A stretch of DNA of 64,000 nucleotides from Marsupella aquatica (Eukaryota > Plantae > Marchantiophyta). Within the stretch, counting starts at the first letter, position 1, and every line of letters begins with the position of its first letter. The stretch lies in contig OZ316891.1 of the NCBI GenBank assembly GCA_973895155.1, positions 17,420,095 through 17,484,094 of the forward strand. The letters run 5' to 3'. This document shows, piece by piece, positions 11,371 to 22,500 of this stretch. The translations under genes were made by a program, and so were the position numbers. Under the pieces are notes generated by a model that saw only the letters and a program-made list of their open reading frames with translations, made no database searches and was not told where the DNA came from.

Positions 11371-14300
11371 CTAATCTGATATAGACACAATCTCGCCATC
11401 CGGTATTGAGGTGGGAACAGTAATATCATGTTTGGCACCAGTAGAGAAGGCATCCAAAAGTTGAGAAAAATTGGGAGACATTGTCCATGTTTGGCTACAT
11501 CCAATTTGAATGCTACCAATAACTTGGGATTGCCGCGGAGTCAGAGGTTGACTTAACACTGACGATTGCGAGCAAGCTTTGGCCACTTCATGAGCAGGGT
11601 ACGGTGGAGCAGCGCGGCTCTTTCTTTGTTTTAATGGTTGGCGCATACGCTCATTGGTGGTGGATCCTTGCATTGTTGCAGGGAGTTATTGGTCCTTTCT
11701 CGTGGTTTCTTTGGCGTTCCCGGTGTGTCTGGAATAGACCCTGCACTCGACGAGACCACAACTAAATATGCAGTGACATAAATCCCGGAATGCCATTGAA
11801 ATTACCAAAAGGCAACTCACCTTCTTCTGAGTTGATCGCCCGTGATGTGAAATCCTTATCGTTCACTGCATCCAACATGCCCTGCAGTGCATCAACAGCA
11901 AGCTTGTCAAATTTTCCTTGGAATGATACGGGTCTGCCCTTTTTCTTTATTAGCAATTTTTTGGGGGCACTTTGCTGCATTATTGGGGCGTTGGCGTCTG
12001 CTGGGTCCTTTAGGATTGGTTTCCTCTTCTGCCTCCCCTTCATGAGTTTGTCAACCCATCCAGGTTTGGGGATGGTAGAGATGTTGGATTGTGCATTTGG
12101 AACTAGTGCCTCCAATGGACTTGAATCCCGTTCCAACCTGGTTACATTCTGTTGTGCTTCTCTAGTCTGCAATGACTCACACCAAACCTTCAATTCTTTC
12201 AGGCCCTGTATTGCCAGTGATGGGCGATATGAAATAGTGTCATAAGCTTTATTGATAACACTTATGAACTCATCCAGTGAAGGTGACACAAGAGCCGGTT
12301 CAACCTCGGCAGGTTCTTCCTCCCAGAATTCCTCGTCATCATAGGAAAGAGTTACATCTCCAACATTGGAAATTGGGGCAAGGTCCCCATTGCGAACCTT
12401 CTGGAAGACATCGAGCACTCCACAGAAAGTACCGAGCTTTGTACCAAGTTGAGTGAGAACATCCAATTCAGTCATGGTGTTTGTCATGAGCAACACCTTA
12501 ATCTGCACAATATATGTAACAATTGATGAAGACAAATTAGTCATGATATTGTACATCGTTGGCATAAGTGATAAGATGCACAGAAGAAGATACGAAGGTC
12601 AATTGGAGCGGAAGTTACTACACCTGGTGCTTGCAAGCATTGCCCTTCACTGAAAACCTGCAGGTATAGGAACACGAGTCGTTATTCCAATCTGTGACAA
12701 CATGTTCTTTCATCCCACTATATTTATCCGAGGTACTTTTTACAGATGCACACTTGCTTTCTCTAGATTCAAAAAGTGTGACAAAGTTATCAGGGATCCG
12801 GACGGCTCTATTCATGCATTTGTGTACATGGTGCTCTACAGTCTTGTTCCTGAGGCGTCCCTGGAATTTGTCGGCGGACATACACCAATAGTGGTTTTCA
12901 ATACCTTTCAACTTCTCGACCAACCATGGGATAGTCCTTCCATTGATGGTACTTTTATCAGCCTTCAATTCCACTTTCAGAGTATGGTGCCATCGCTCAA
13001 TTCCACCATTAGTGTTCTGATTAGAGTGTCTGTACAATCTTACTTTCACAGCCCAACGATTAATCTTTTTGTGCCACTCCCTCTTGTAGTAAGCTACAAA
13101 AGTTGGTTGGGTCTCCCTCCATCGGTCCATAAAAGCTTGAGACTATGCTTGAAGGTCTGCGCAGGAAGCGAGGAAACAATTATCCATTTGTTCAGGTATT
13201 TTAAGTTAGCAAAAACCTTTCAAATTAGCTTGGCGCTGATCTTCAATGGAATTGAAATACATCATACCTGTTCCATCAGAATACATCAAGGCTCCAAGGT
13301 CTGCATTGATTTGAGCCTTTGCAAATGGACAAAAAACCTTCCAGATGATATTCTTGGTCCACGCCCTCCTCACATGCCACGTACAAAAGGTGATGGGAAC
13401 ATTCGGGAAGACATTGCTGTGAGGCAAGACGCAAGGCAATGTCGATTAACAAATGTCTGAATCTTCAAAATGAAATAGAATGAAATGAGGTGCAATAGTG
13501 GGGATGGGAGCAGTACGTTATGGCAATTTGCTCCTCATCTGCGACATCAATAATCCAGCAATTTGGCTCCCATGGAAGGTCGTTGCCCATATCTGATCTC
13601 TTCTGGTTTGCAGCTCCTTTGAGGTTTATCAATACAGTAGTGACTTGCACTGCTGTGTACCTTTGGAGGACTGCAAATGCAACAGGGATTGCATTCTGAA
13701 ATTTGTCGAACACCACAATGGTGTAAAAGGGGAACTGCACATTGGAACCATTGAAAGCAGAAATCAGGCATTGTCATTGTGTTAATTGGGTGAGCACCGA
13801 TGGAATGTTGAAAATCCTACTGTAATATATAATAATTACCCCACAATGATTGGTGCCAAATGTGGCATCGAAGCCCACAGCACCGTCATGACCAAGAGTC
13901 GCCAACTTTTTTCTTTGCCAATCGGTACACCATGCCAAGATGAAGGGTTGGTCGTCTGCTTTTACTTGGGGCTGGTGAAGATATACATCTGACTTGTTTT
14001 GTAGGACCCAATTGTGAACACCGGTTGCGTCGTCTGTTGGGCTGTCTTCGACACATGGCCTCTCTCACTGTCCAAATGTCTTTTGGCGTGAGCTGCATGT
14101 CTCTACTAAAGATGACATCTGCGTCCGAATCTGGGTGATCTTTTCGCCATTTCACAGCAACCTCGTCAAAGTGCGCCCTGATAATAGCCTTTGCTGACAG
14201 ACCAGCTCTTAAATATCGTTCTACTTAGCCCTTAGTTTCATGGAAATGCGGGGGGCTATGTGGCAGTTTGATACATAAGCGGATGTGTCATCCAAACCGT

Positions 14301-15474
14301 GGCAAATGAGGCCACTTACGTCGTGATGCTCCCAATGTAGCCAACGTATGAGGAGAACATCCGGACGCAGTACAAATAGACTTGCTGAGAAACTGCATCG
14401 GCACCCTCGCTTCATGGATTGGCCTACAAATATGCACACGCGGATACTGTTTAGGAGATTCTGACAACACAGAATGTTCATGTTCAAATACACTGTTTGT
14501 GGGTCATGTTCAAATACCCTTGTCCTTCAAAAAAGCAAATACATTGTCCTTGGTGTGTGTCCTGCCACACAATGTTAGAAATTATCTAAACGTGACTTGC
14601 AGAACGTCATGTGCATGGGGAGACACACATTTACCTGTGATAGTTTTCTTTTTGAGGTAGACGCCCCCTTCTTTGGAGCTCAAGTTCTCTGGAACTTTGT
14701 TACCTAAGACATCCTTCCAGTGCCGCTTGTCTTCTGGCCCAAGCAGCAATTGTACCAGGTCACCGTCTTCTCAAGAGGCCCGACTCGATTTATCTTATGC
14801 TCATGGGATTTGCAAACGGAGAATTGTGTATGAAAACCCTCTCTCATGTTTTCTCCCCAGATAAAGTCATTCAATCGGTTCTTAGGAATCCACGCAAAGT
14901 CTGCCCTTGCCCCAAACCATTGCAATTTCGAAGCATCGAATTCACCCAGGGGAGGATATTGAATTCTGTCACACTTATGATTCTCATGAAAGCACTTCTT
15001 CAATTGCAGAATGGCCTGATTAGAACCGTTGCCTGCACTTTTCGCTCCAGGCTTCACCTTCATTTCAGTAAACTGACTGTGCTTATTTTCCTTGTCCCTT
15101 TCTGCAAACTCCTCCTCCCGTTGTAAATTCCGCACAGTGGACTCCAACGGTGGTTTATGAACATTGCTGTTCATTGCATCTCGAAAAACGTGCATCCTCT
15201 CTTGCAGGTGTGCAAAAGTCATCGGCCCTGTACTGGAAGCTTCAGGTTGGACTACCCTGTCGCCACGCAATAAATCTTTGACGACAAATGCACTACGCCT
15301 CCTGCTCGAAGGATCCACAGATTTTTTGTTGTCATCCCTTCCCAGCTCACTAGGTGCCATTGCAAGATCCCGAAACTCCATGGTATCCAGCAATTGCTCG
15401 TGCAAAGCACGAATACTAACTCACAAATGTGTTATCATTTTCCTGCCACAGAGTGCGTGCCATCGCGACCTCAT
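11371..15474 (-). pseudogene. MULE DDE transposase with SWIM zinc finger, At4g13970/At1g60560-like; multi-exon, disrupted
   Basis: Motifs in order: QYPPLGEFDASKLQW, FAWIPKNRLNDFIWGE, CC(F)GPEDKR, KRGCRCSF...HHDVSGLICHG...APRIS, FILAWCTDWQ, GFDATFGTN (D1, ~13870), WIIDVADEE (D2), FCTWHVRRAW (CxxH), TNGGIERWHHTLK (E), YTCRFSVKGNACKH (SWIM, first Cys seen as Tyr). Introns 14634-14424, 13839-13735, 13516-13418, ~13216-13158 and ~12623-12503. Frameshifts near 14740, 14224 and 14045; in-frame stop near 13145. The start (15474 or 15381) and last exons are uncertain. Confidence 0.88.
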
Positions 15475-15479
15475 TTTGA

Positions 15480-15848
15480 ATGTGTAGAAGCGTAGGGACG
15501 GGCGTATTTTTGTGTTGTGTGGCGACGGGCCGGGGTGTTGTGTGGCGACGGGGTCCTGCGTGGCGACGGGGTGTTGCGTCACGACGGGAGGGAGGTGCGA
15601 CGGGAAGCAGGGCCTTTAGGTTCAGGGTCGGGGGCCATGAGGCACGGGCGCAGGGCCTTTGGGTTGAGGGTCGGGGGCCATGAGGCGTGGGCGCAGGGCC
15701 TGGCGTGAGTGGAGGTGCAGGGGCGCCTTCAAGGGTGTCCCTGTTGGGGCAGGCTTCGTGGCACCCTAAACTGCCCGAAACCTGCTAATGGCATTAGCGT
15801 ACGATTAGGGGCCATCAATTTGCATCAAGATTGAGTCTCGTGCTTAAT
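15480..15848 (-). repeat. Right terminal inverted repeat (~369 bp)
   Basis: Reverse complement of the left TIR, with extra copies of a short GTGGCGACGGG-type repeat at ~15520-15605. Confidence 0.93.
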
Positions 15849-15857
15849 CTCACTTCT
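15849..15857. other. Right 9-bp target site duplication CTCACTTCT
   Basis: Identical to 5819-5827. Confidence 0.93.
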
Positions 15858-16842
15858 TATATAGTTTCACATACATTAATTATGGTGACAGCTTTCATAA
15901 ACCTTTGTTCCCAAATACTGTGTGTGAGATTAATTACTGTAATCAGTGTAACTAGTGCATTGATGACATCTTTTATGTCCCGGCCAATCCCTTTATTATA
16001 TCCCTTTACTATATTAGGTAGGGTTTCCATATGTTTCCTTGGATGTGCGTGCACGTCTCCACATGAATTTTTCATCCACAAACGACTTTTATGGCACTTT
16101 ACCCAGCCATTCGCCCACCCTGAACCCTCCCGTCACCAATACTGAGTACCTTTTACAAGATCCAAGTGTAATCAGTTTCTGACTGGTTCATCTGTTCCAA
16201 TTTATTCTATCCCTCCCTTGGCCAAGGAGAGGAAAGGTATATAAAGCTCCCCCCGCCCCCACCCCACCCCCGCCCCCCCCCCCCCCCCCAATCTCTGACA
16301 GAAGAATAGATTCTTCTGATTTCAGTGCACAAGTTTCGAAGCTGATGCTCCGATAAACCAATGTTTGACCATGCAACTTTTACCAGCCCTTCTCTCGCCC
16401 CTCTGAATATTTCGTTTTCATTGTCCCTGCTGGCGTTTGAAATGGGTATATTGGAATACATTTGGCACAGTCTTGCCTTCACAAAACATGCTTTTATAAA
16501 CTTACCCCTTGAAAAAGCCAGAAACCACATGTTTACCCGCATTTCAAACGAATTGAGTAAGTTGTCCCTAATATTGTGCAAAAGTTAAAGTAACTCATAC
16601 AGTCAACCTTCTGAGTGAGTTAACATGTCATCGTGGGCAGGAGATAAGACCAAAATCAGGACAAAAGGTTAATTCTGCTGTCAATTTAGACTAGATACAA
16701 AAGTAGGGGTAGTATATTCATTATTTTGATAAGAGAATAATTTGGTGATTTCACACTTTTTCAAGAGCACTCTACTAGTAGCCCTAAAAAAGCACCTCGT
16801 AAGTGTATTTTATTGCAATATTAGCCCAATGCTTGTACGTTG

Positions 16843-16964
16843 CACAGAATATATTGAGACAAGATGACGAAGTCAAGGTGAGTCAAATATATCAAGGCCA
16901 GACACAGAAGATATTGAGACAAGATGAAGAAGTCAAGGTGAGTCAAATATATTAAGGCCAGACA
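16843..16964. repeat. 60-bp tandem duplication
   Basis: CACAGAA(T/G)ATATTGAGACAAGATGA(C/A)GAAGTCAAGGTGAGTCAAATATAT(C/T)AAGGCCAGA at 16843 and 16903. Confidence 0.92.
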
Positions 16965-19534
16965 AGGAAATGTAGGCAAGGTAAAAAAAAATGCAGAGGC
17001 AAGGAATTAAGTGAGGCAAAGAAATTACATGGTCCAGACTGTCCCCAGGCTATATGGAGTGAAAAAGTCCTCCTTTAATTTGTTTTTTCCCTTTACCCTT
17101 TTTGTCTTTTTTCCTCTTCCCATGCCCTCCCTAGCAGTCTTGCCTTCTGCTCCCCCTCCTTTGCACCCCACTGCCTCCCCACCCTTTTCTTCCCTCAAAC
17201 ATGATTTTAGAAAGAGATCGAAAAAATGGAAGTCAAAATAAAATTAACCCGGAAACAGTAATTTCATTTCAATTAGCAAATAGAAAAGTAAAAAAAAACT
17301 CTCCTACCAATGTGTTTCTCATATAGAGGCTACATGCCAAAAAGTTTTCATGTAAAGTACTATATAGTGACATGAGGCATGGTCATAACCTTGGGTGTTG
17401 TGAGTACCTTTAACCTAATTGTTGTAAAAGAAAGTACATCTATTGGACACAGTTTGATTCAATAGAAGGGTGTAAATTAAAAAAACCTGGAATACATCTG
17501 AGGTACTGTGGTGTTTACTCACTTTCAAGTATTTGAACAGAGTGCATGGAAACTTTTGGGCAGGATAGCATGTTATAGTGCTTGGCATGGTATTCTTTTA
17601 CGGTGCTGGGGTTAGTGGGGCCAGAGTGGCAAATGTGAAGTGTGTGAAAGAGAAGATGCCCAAATATTCCTTATCTGATTTTTTCCTAACCATCAGATCT
17701 TCCTAGATTTAAGGATGACAATTAGATTCTAGCTAATGGGAACTGTGATTAAATGGAACTGATAAGGTGAAACACCGATTAATGAGACAAAAAAATACTA
17801 ACGCCAAAAATTGGCGAAAACGTTTTAAAGAGGTGGATTTTGTCGAATTTTCGCCACTAAAAAAAACGCTGGTACAAAGCAAAGCAGTGTAGTGTGTTCT
17901 TTTTCCTTTCGAGCGTGGCCCCGCCTGGTTCCGTCTATGCCCCCCGGGCCCCCCGCTACGTACGGTGCGTCCCGACTCCCGAAAGCAGGCAGAGAAAGCA
18001 CACGCTACACTTTTGCCCTTTTGCTCTCCACAGCATACCACTCTTCGTCTCTTCTAGTCTTCTGGTTCTTCTGCTGCGCCTCGTGCTCCTGCTCCTGTCC
18101 TGCTCCTCCTGCTTGCCTGCTCGCTTGCTTGCTGGAGGTGGTCGGCTTCACATTTTCTCCCCATGCGGACAAGCAACCTTTCCTCAGGAAGCCTAGCCCA
18201 CCGTATTAAGGTGCTGTTCATGGTCGAGGACGATATAACGACGACCAAAACGAAACGAGGAGTACGCAATTCGTGAGAGTGCTTCCGTGCCTGTGAATTG
18301 ACGGCATGCTTCGCTTCAGGAGTTTGCCGCGGCGCCTGGGATTGATTGTTTGATCGACGGATCGATTGATTCTTAGGATTGGGAAAGAGGAAGTTGCGTG
18401 GCGGACGGGGTGAATGCCCGCGACGGTCGTCGGTGGCGTGGGGGGTGGGAAGTGGTAAGGGGAGAAGAATTGCTAGCTGTCTGGCGGGGGGCGGTCGTGG
18501 ATGCGGAACCGCAAATTGGAGAAAGGAGAGGACACCGCCGGAGTTGGGGAAGAGGAGGGAAAGGACGACGACGAGGACGGCGGGGACGATTATTGTGGAT
18601 TTGGAGGGTCGGCACGAAGCGAGGAGGGAGAGGAAGTGGCAAGTCTTGACCGTAATTAAACAGGCTCGAGGACTTTTAGTTTAGGTAATTGGTAACTGTG
18701 GTTTACGGGTTGAAGTCGGTGACGCTGGATCCATCTGTTCATCCGTAGTCGCTGTGTCTCTCCGATTTAAAGAGATACTGGAGATATCTGGATGAGAATT
18801 TTAGCTGGCAAGGATTACGATCATTTCCAGTTAGCCGCGTGCGAGCCATAGTCTCGAAGGCTCCGGGTAAAATTGAGCATTGTGCCACTTCAGACAGGAT
18901 CCATGTCAAACTTTTTCGCTTAAGGTCGTTTCTGAGGTGTGATCGTGGACGTGATGTGCAGACAAAGGTGTATTTTGTGCATCGAGCAGTGAAGTCCAGT
19001 GAGTTTCTTATTTCATGATCAGCATCTTACCATGATGTGGAGACAAGGGACAACTAGCTTTCCGTGAAATACCCCCGGGTGCCATGTAAGTGCAAGTGAG
19101 GAGTTGCAACTTGTTTCATGTAGTACTGTAGAAATCGAGCCTGGAAGAAAAATTCCCGGATTTTGGTCACAAACAAATTGGTCTTGCCGTGCTTTTCGTC
19201 TGGGGCTTGGAGACGAAGGAGTAGAGTTTAGTGATTAATCTCTAAAAGTTGTACGGTATCTTTGTACTCCTAGCTCGCTGAGTAATTCTGCACGTGGAAA
19301 GTACGGATGGTTATAGGGAGATATTTTTTCCACAAGGGTCGTGGCAGGCATTGGATGTTTATGTAGGAATGATTACGTCGTTAGGTTGGCGGCCAGACTT
19401 GGGGACATGGAGTTGCTCCTTCCGTGGTACTGTAGCTATCTGCGCCTCGACGAAAGTAATTCCAAATTCACTGTTGATACACAATTACCTCTTTGTTTGT
19501 CGTGCAGAAATTTTGCAGTTGGAGGTTAAACACA

Positions 19535-22500
19535 ATGGCTTCTCCGCAGCTTGCTCATGCGCTGCAGCAGAAGAGATCTGTCATCTCGACGCCGAAAAGG
19601 TATGTTCCTTGTTCGTTAAGCTGGTCATGGTGTTACTCTGATTTAATTTTCCATTCACTTTAATCGAAAACCGAATACGTCTGCCACAGGAGTCCCTGTG
19701 ATGAACCATTGTTACTAGTTTGAAAAAATCTGGAACATTTTAATGAACAGAGGCTGATAGAAGAAGATGTCGCAATTAGGAAAATCATTCTAGGTTGAAT
19801 AGTGTGTTATCGTTTGTAAGGAAATGCTCTTCATATTGCTCTGCGCTGTTGGTGAGTGTACATGATAACCTCCCAAGACGTACAGTATGTAGTAGTTACC
19901 AGCATGAAGTACATTAATTATTTTCTGTAAGCTGGAAGCCAATGAGATGTTCGTCTTCCGTTTCCGCAGGAGAGCGCTAGCAATTTCTGTCGCTGTGCTG
20001 GTCGCCGGGGGAGGCTTGGCATACTCTCAGTTAGGTTTGGGCAGACGAAAAAAGCGTCGTTTACAAGAGCCAGCTACCAATGGAGTCCATTCCGAAATTG
20101 AGGTGGTCAGAGGAAAGGACACCGCAGCTGCTCCACGTTCCAGTGGAAAGGGAAGAAGAGGGGGTTTAAAGTCTGTGAAGATACTGGGTGGAATACTTTT
20201 GGCGCAGATAGGAAAGCCGGGAATGCAGAACTTTCTCGGGCTTGCAGCAATTGCGGTAAAAAAGCTTGTCGGATCGTTGCCACCTGATTGTATTTGATTG
20301 GTCATTTCAGCCACAAGTGCTTACAACGCTTCGATCATTTACAGCACCGCATCGACGTTGTTAATACAGCTATAATCGACTGAAATCTTGTATCTTGATG
20401 TGATTAAATGTGAGTGAAACGTGACTGAAATGAGACTGCATGTACTGATAGGTCCCCTCGACTTGCTGCTGACCAGTGTAAATACATTGGCAGGTGCTGA
20501 GAACAGCTTTGAGCAACAGACTCGCTCGAGTTCAAGGACTATTGTTTAGAGCTGCTTTCTTGAGACGCGTTCCTCTTTTCGTCCGGTTCATCACAGAGAA
20601 TCTTGCGCTCTGCCTGTTCCAGTCTCTGTTGTTTTCAACGACGAAGTACTTAACCGGTACATTAAGTCTGAAATTCCGGAAAATTCTGACAGATACCATT
20701 CATAAAGATTACTTTCAGGTAAGAGCTTCATACCTCCAAAATTTAATCTTGCTACCGCGTTATGGTCAAGATACTTTCGTGCCACGGTTGTCAACCATTC
20801 CACAATTATGGGAAAAAGGAATCCCGTCACCGTCCATAATTGTCTCTCTTGTCTTTCAATTTGTGGCGTGATTCTTGTCCATGTTCAATAAGATGGAATT
20901 TTGAAGCCCGTCGCTTCGGTTGGGCGTCTTTTAGAAGAAAGAAGAAAATTAAATTGCCTTGAGTATTTGAAGACCAGATGACACAGATTCCGAAATCTCA
21001 AATATGTCTTCTCTGAATACCTTACTTTTGCTTGCAGAATATGACATACTACAAGTTGAATCATGTGGACCGACGAGTTAATATACCAGAACAACGAATA
21101 GCAAGCGATGTTCCTCGCTTCTGTACAGAACTTAGTGAACTCGTTCAAGAGAACATGGTTGCGGTGTTTGATGGCCTACTTTACACGTGGCGTCTTTGCA
21201 CATATGCGAGTCCGAAATATGCATTTGGAATACTGGTACACTATCACAGAACGTCTTCAATTCACTCGTTTCAGCAGTTGTCCCATCGATCGGTTAATTT
21301 CCTGTGTCTTCGATTTATCATTTTGTTCATAATGTTTTTGTCATGGTTCTATTTGTTCCAGGCCTATGTGATCGGTGCAGGTGGTATCACGGGCTTTCTT
21401 TCTCCTCCATTTGGGAAATTGATGTCAAAAGAGCAACAGCTGGAAGGGGACTACAGGCAGCTGCACTCTCGATTGAGAACTCAGTCCGAGAGCATTGCAT
21501 TTTACGGAGGGCAAGACAGAGAGGCTTCCATAATCAAGCAGCGCTTTAAGGCTCTTGTCCAACACATGAATACTGTGTTGCACACACATTGGTGGTTTGG
21601 TATGATACAAGACTTCTTGCTCAAGTATTTGGGCGCAACCTTTGGAGTCGTCCTCATTATCGAACCTTTCTTTTCTGGTTCATTGAAGCCAGACGGGACA
21701 ACATTGGGCCGGGCCCAGATGCTGAGCAATGTCCGATATCATACCAGTGTCATTATAGCGCTTTTTCAGTCAATGGGCACCCTCGCTGGAAGTACTCGCA
21801 AGCTTTCCCGGCTAAGGTTAGAACACATGGGACTTTACTTTCAGTTGGTTGACACGTGTTGCTCCACCCACGGATGTTTCTAAGATACTTTTGTTGTAGA
21901 TCTATATTAGAAAGTCATAGAATTGATGTATATGGTATTTCAAAATCGGGTCATCGATGAGGATTTTCGGCAGGAGATTGAAGAATTGCATTAATCTGGG
22001 ATAGACTCTTAGAAACAAAGGACAAATGACAGTTTGTTTCAAAGACAGGTAATCGCATAACTACACACACAGGCAGGAATTGACGTCACATCAAGCAAAG
22101 AAGTAGTCTCGTCTTAATCTAGAAGCTATTTTTAAAACCTGCAAGAGAGAGGGCCTCAAAACTGACATCTTAAGAACTTTTCTCGACATCAGTGGTTATG
22201 CAGATCGTATTCTTGAGCTGATGTCTGTATCAAGGGAGTTGCGGGCTGGTGGTGGTAGTGCTGCAATGCTGAACAGAGATACTGGCAGTTACTTTGTGGA
22301 AGCAAAACATATCGAGTTTGATGGCGTTAAGGTATTGATTTGTGAATTACTTTCACGCGGAAAAAGCTCGAGAAGTTCGAATAAAGCATGTAAGTACTAA
22401 TGACTAGTCAGGGCGTCACCTGATTCATTGTGTCCACTCAATGACAGGTTGTAACACCTACCGGCAATACCTTGGTGGAAGATTTGACGTTGAGAGTTGA

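Larger units (their letters stand above)
5828..15848 (-). mobile_element. Full-length Mutator-like (MULE) DNA transposon, 10,021 bp, with long TIRs, 9-bp TSD, transposase and convergent cargo genes; defective copy
   Basis: Left end ATTAAGCACGAGACTCAATC at 5828 is the exact reverse complement of the right end GATTGAGTCTCGTGCTTAAT at 15848. The direct repeat CTCACTTCT flanks both ends (5819-5827 and 15849-15857). Internal MULE DDE and SWIM transposase motifs lie on the minus strand. Confidence 0.95.

Noticed and set aside
12702-13460. 252-aa plus-strand ORF
   Set aside because: It is antisense to the transposase catalytic exons (shadow ORF).
5829-15847. piggyBac/Kolobok-type element with a TTAA TSD (TTAA-GCACGAG...CTCGTGC-TTAA)
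   Set aside because: A perfect 9-bp direct repeat lies immediately outside ATTAA/TTAAT and the transposase has MULE DDE/CxxH/SWIM motifs, so TTAA is better read as part of the TIR.
16207-16581. 124-aa minus-strand ORF ending in poly-Gly
   Set aside because: The poly-Gly comes from a C-homopolymer tract, there is no recognisable domain and the start is non-ATG. It could be a TE remnant but cannot be supported.
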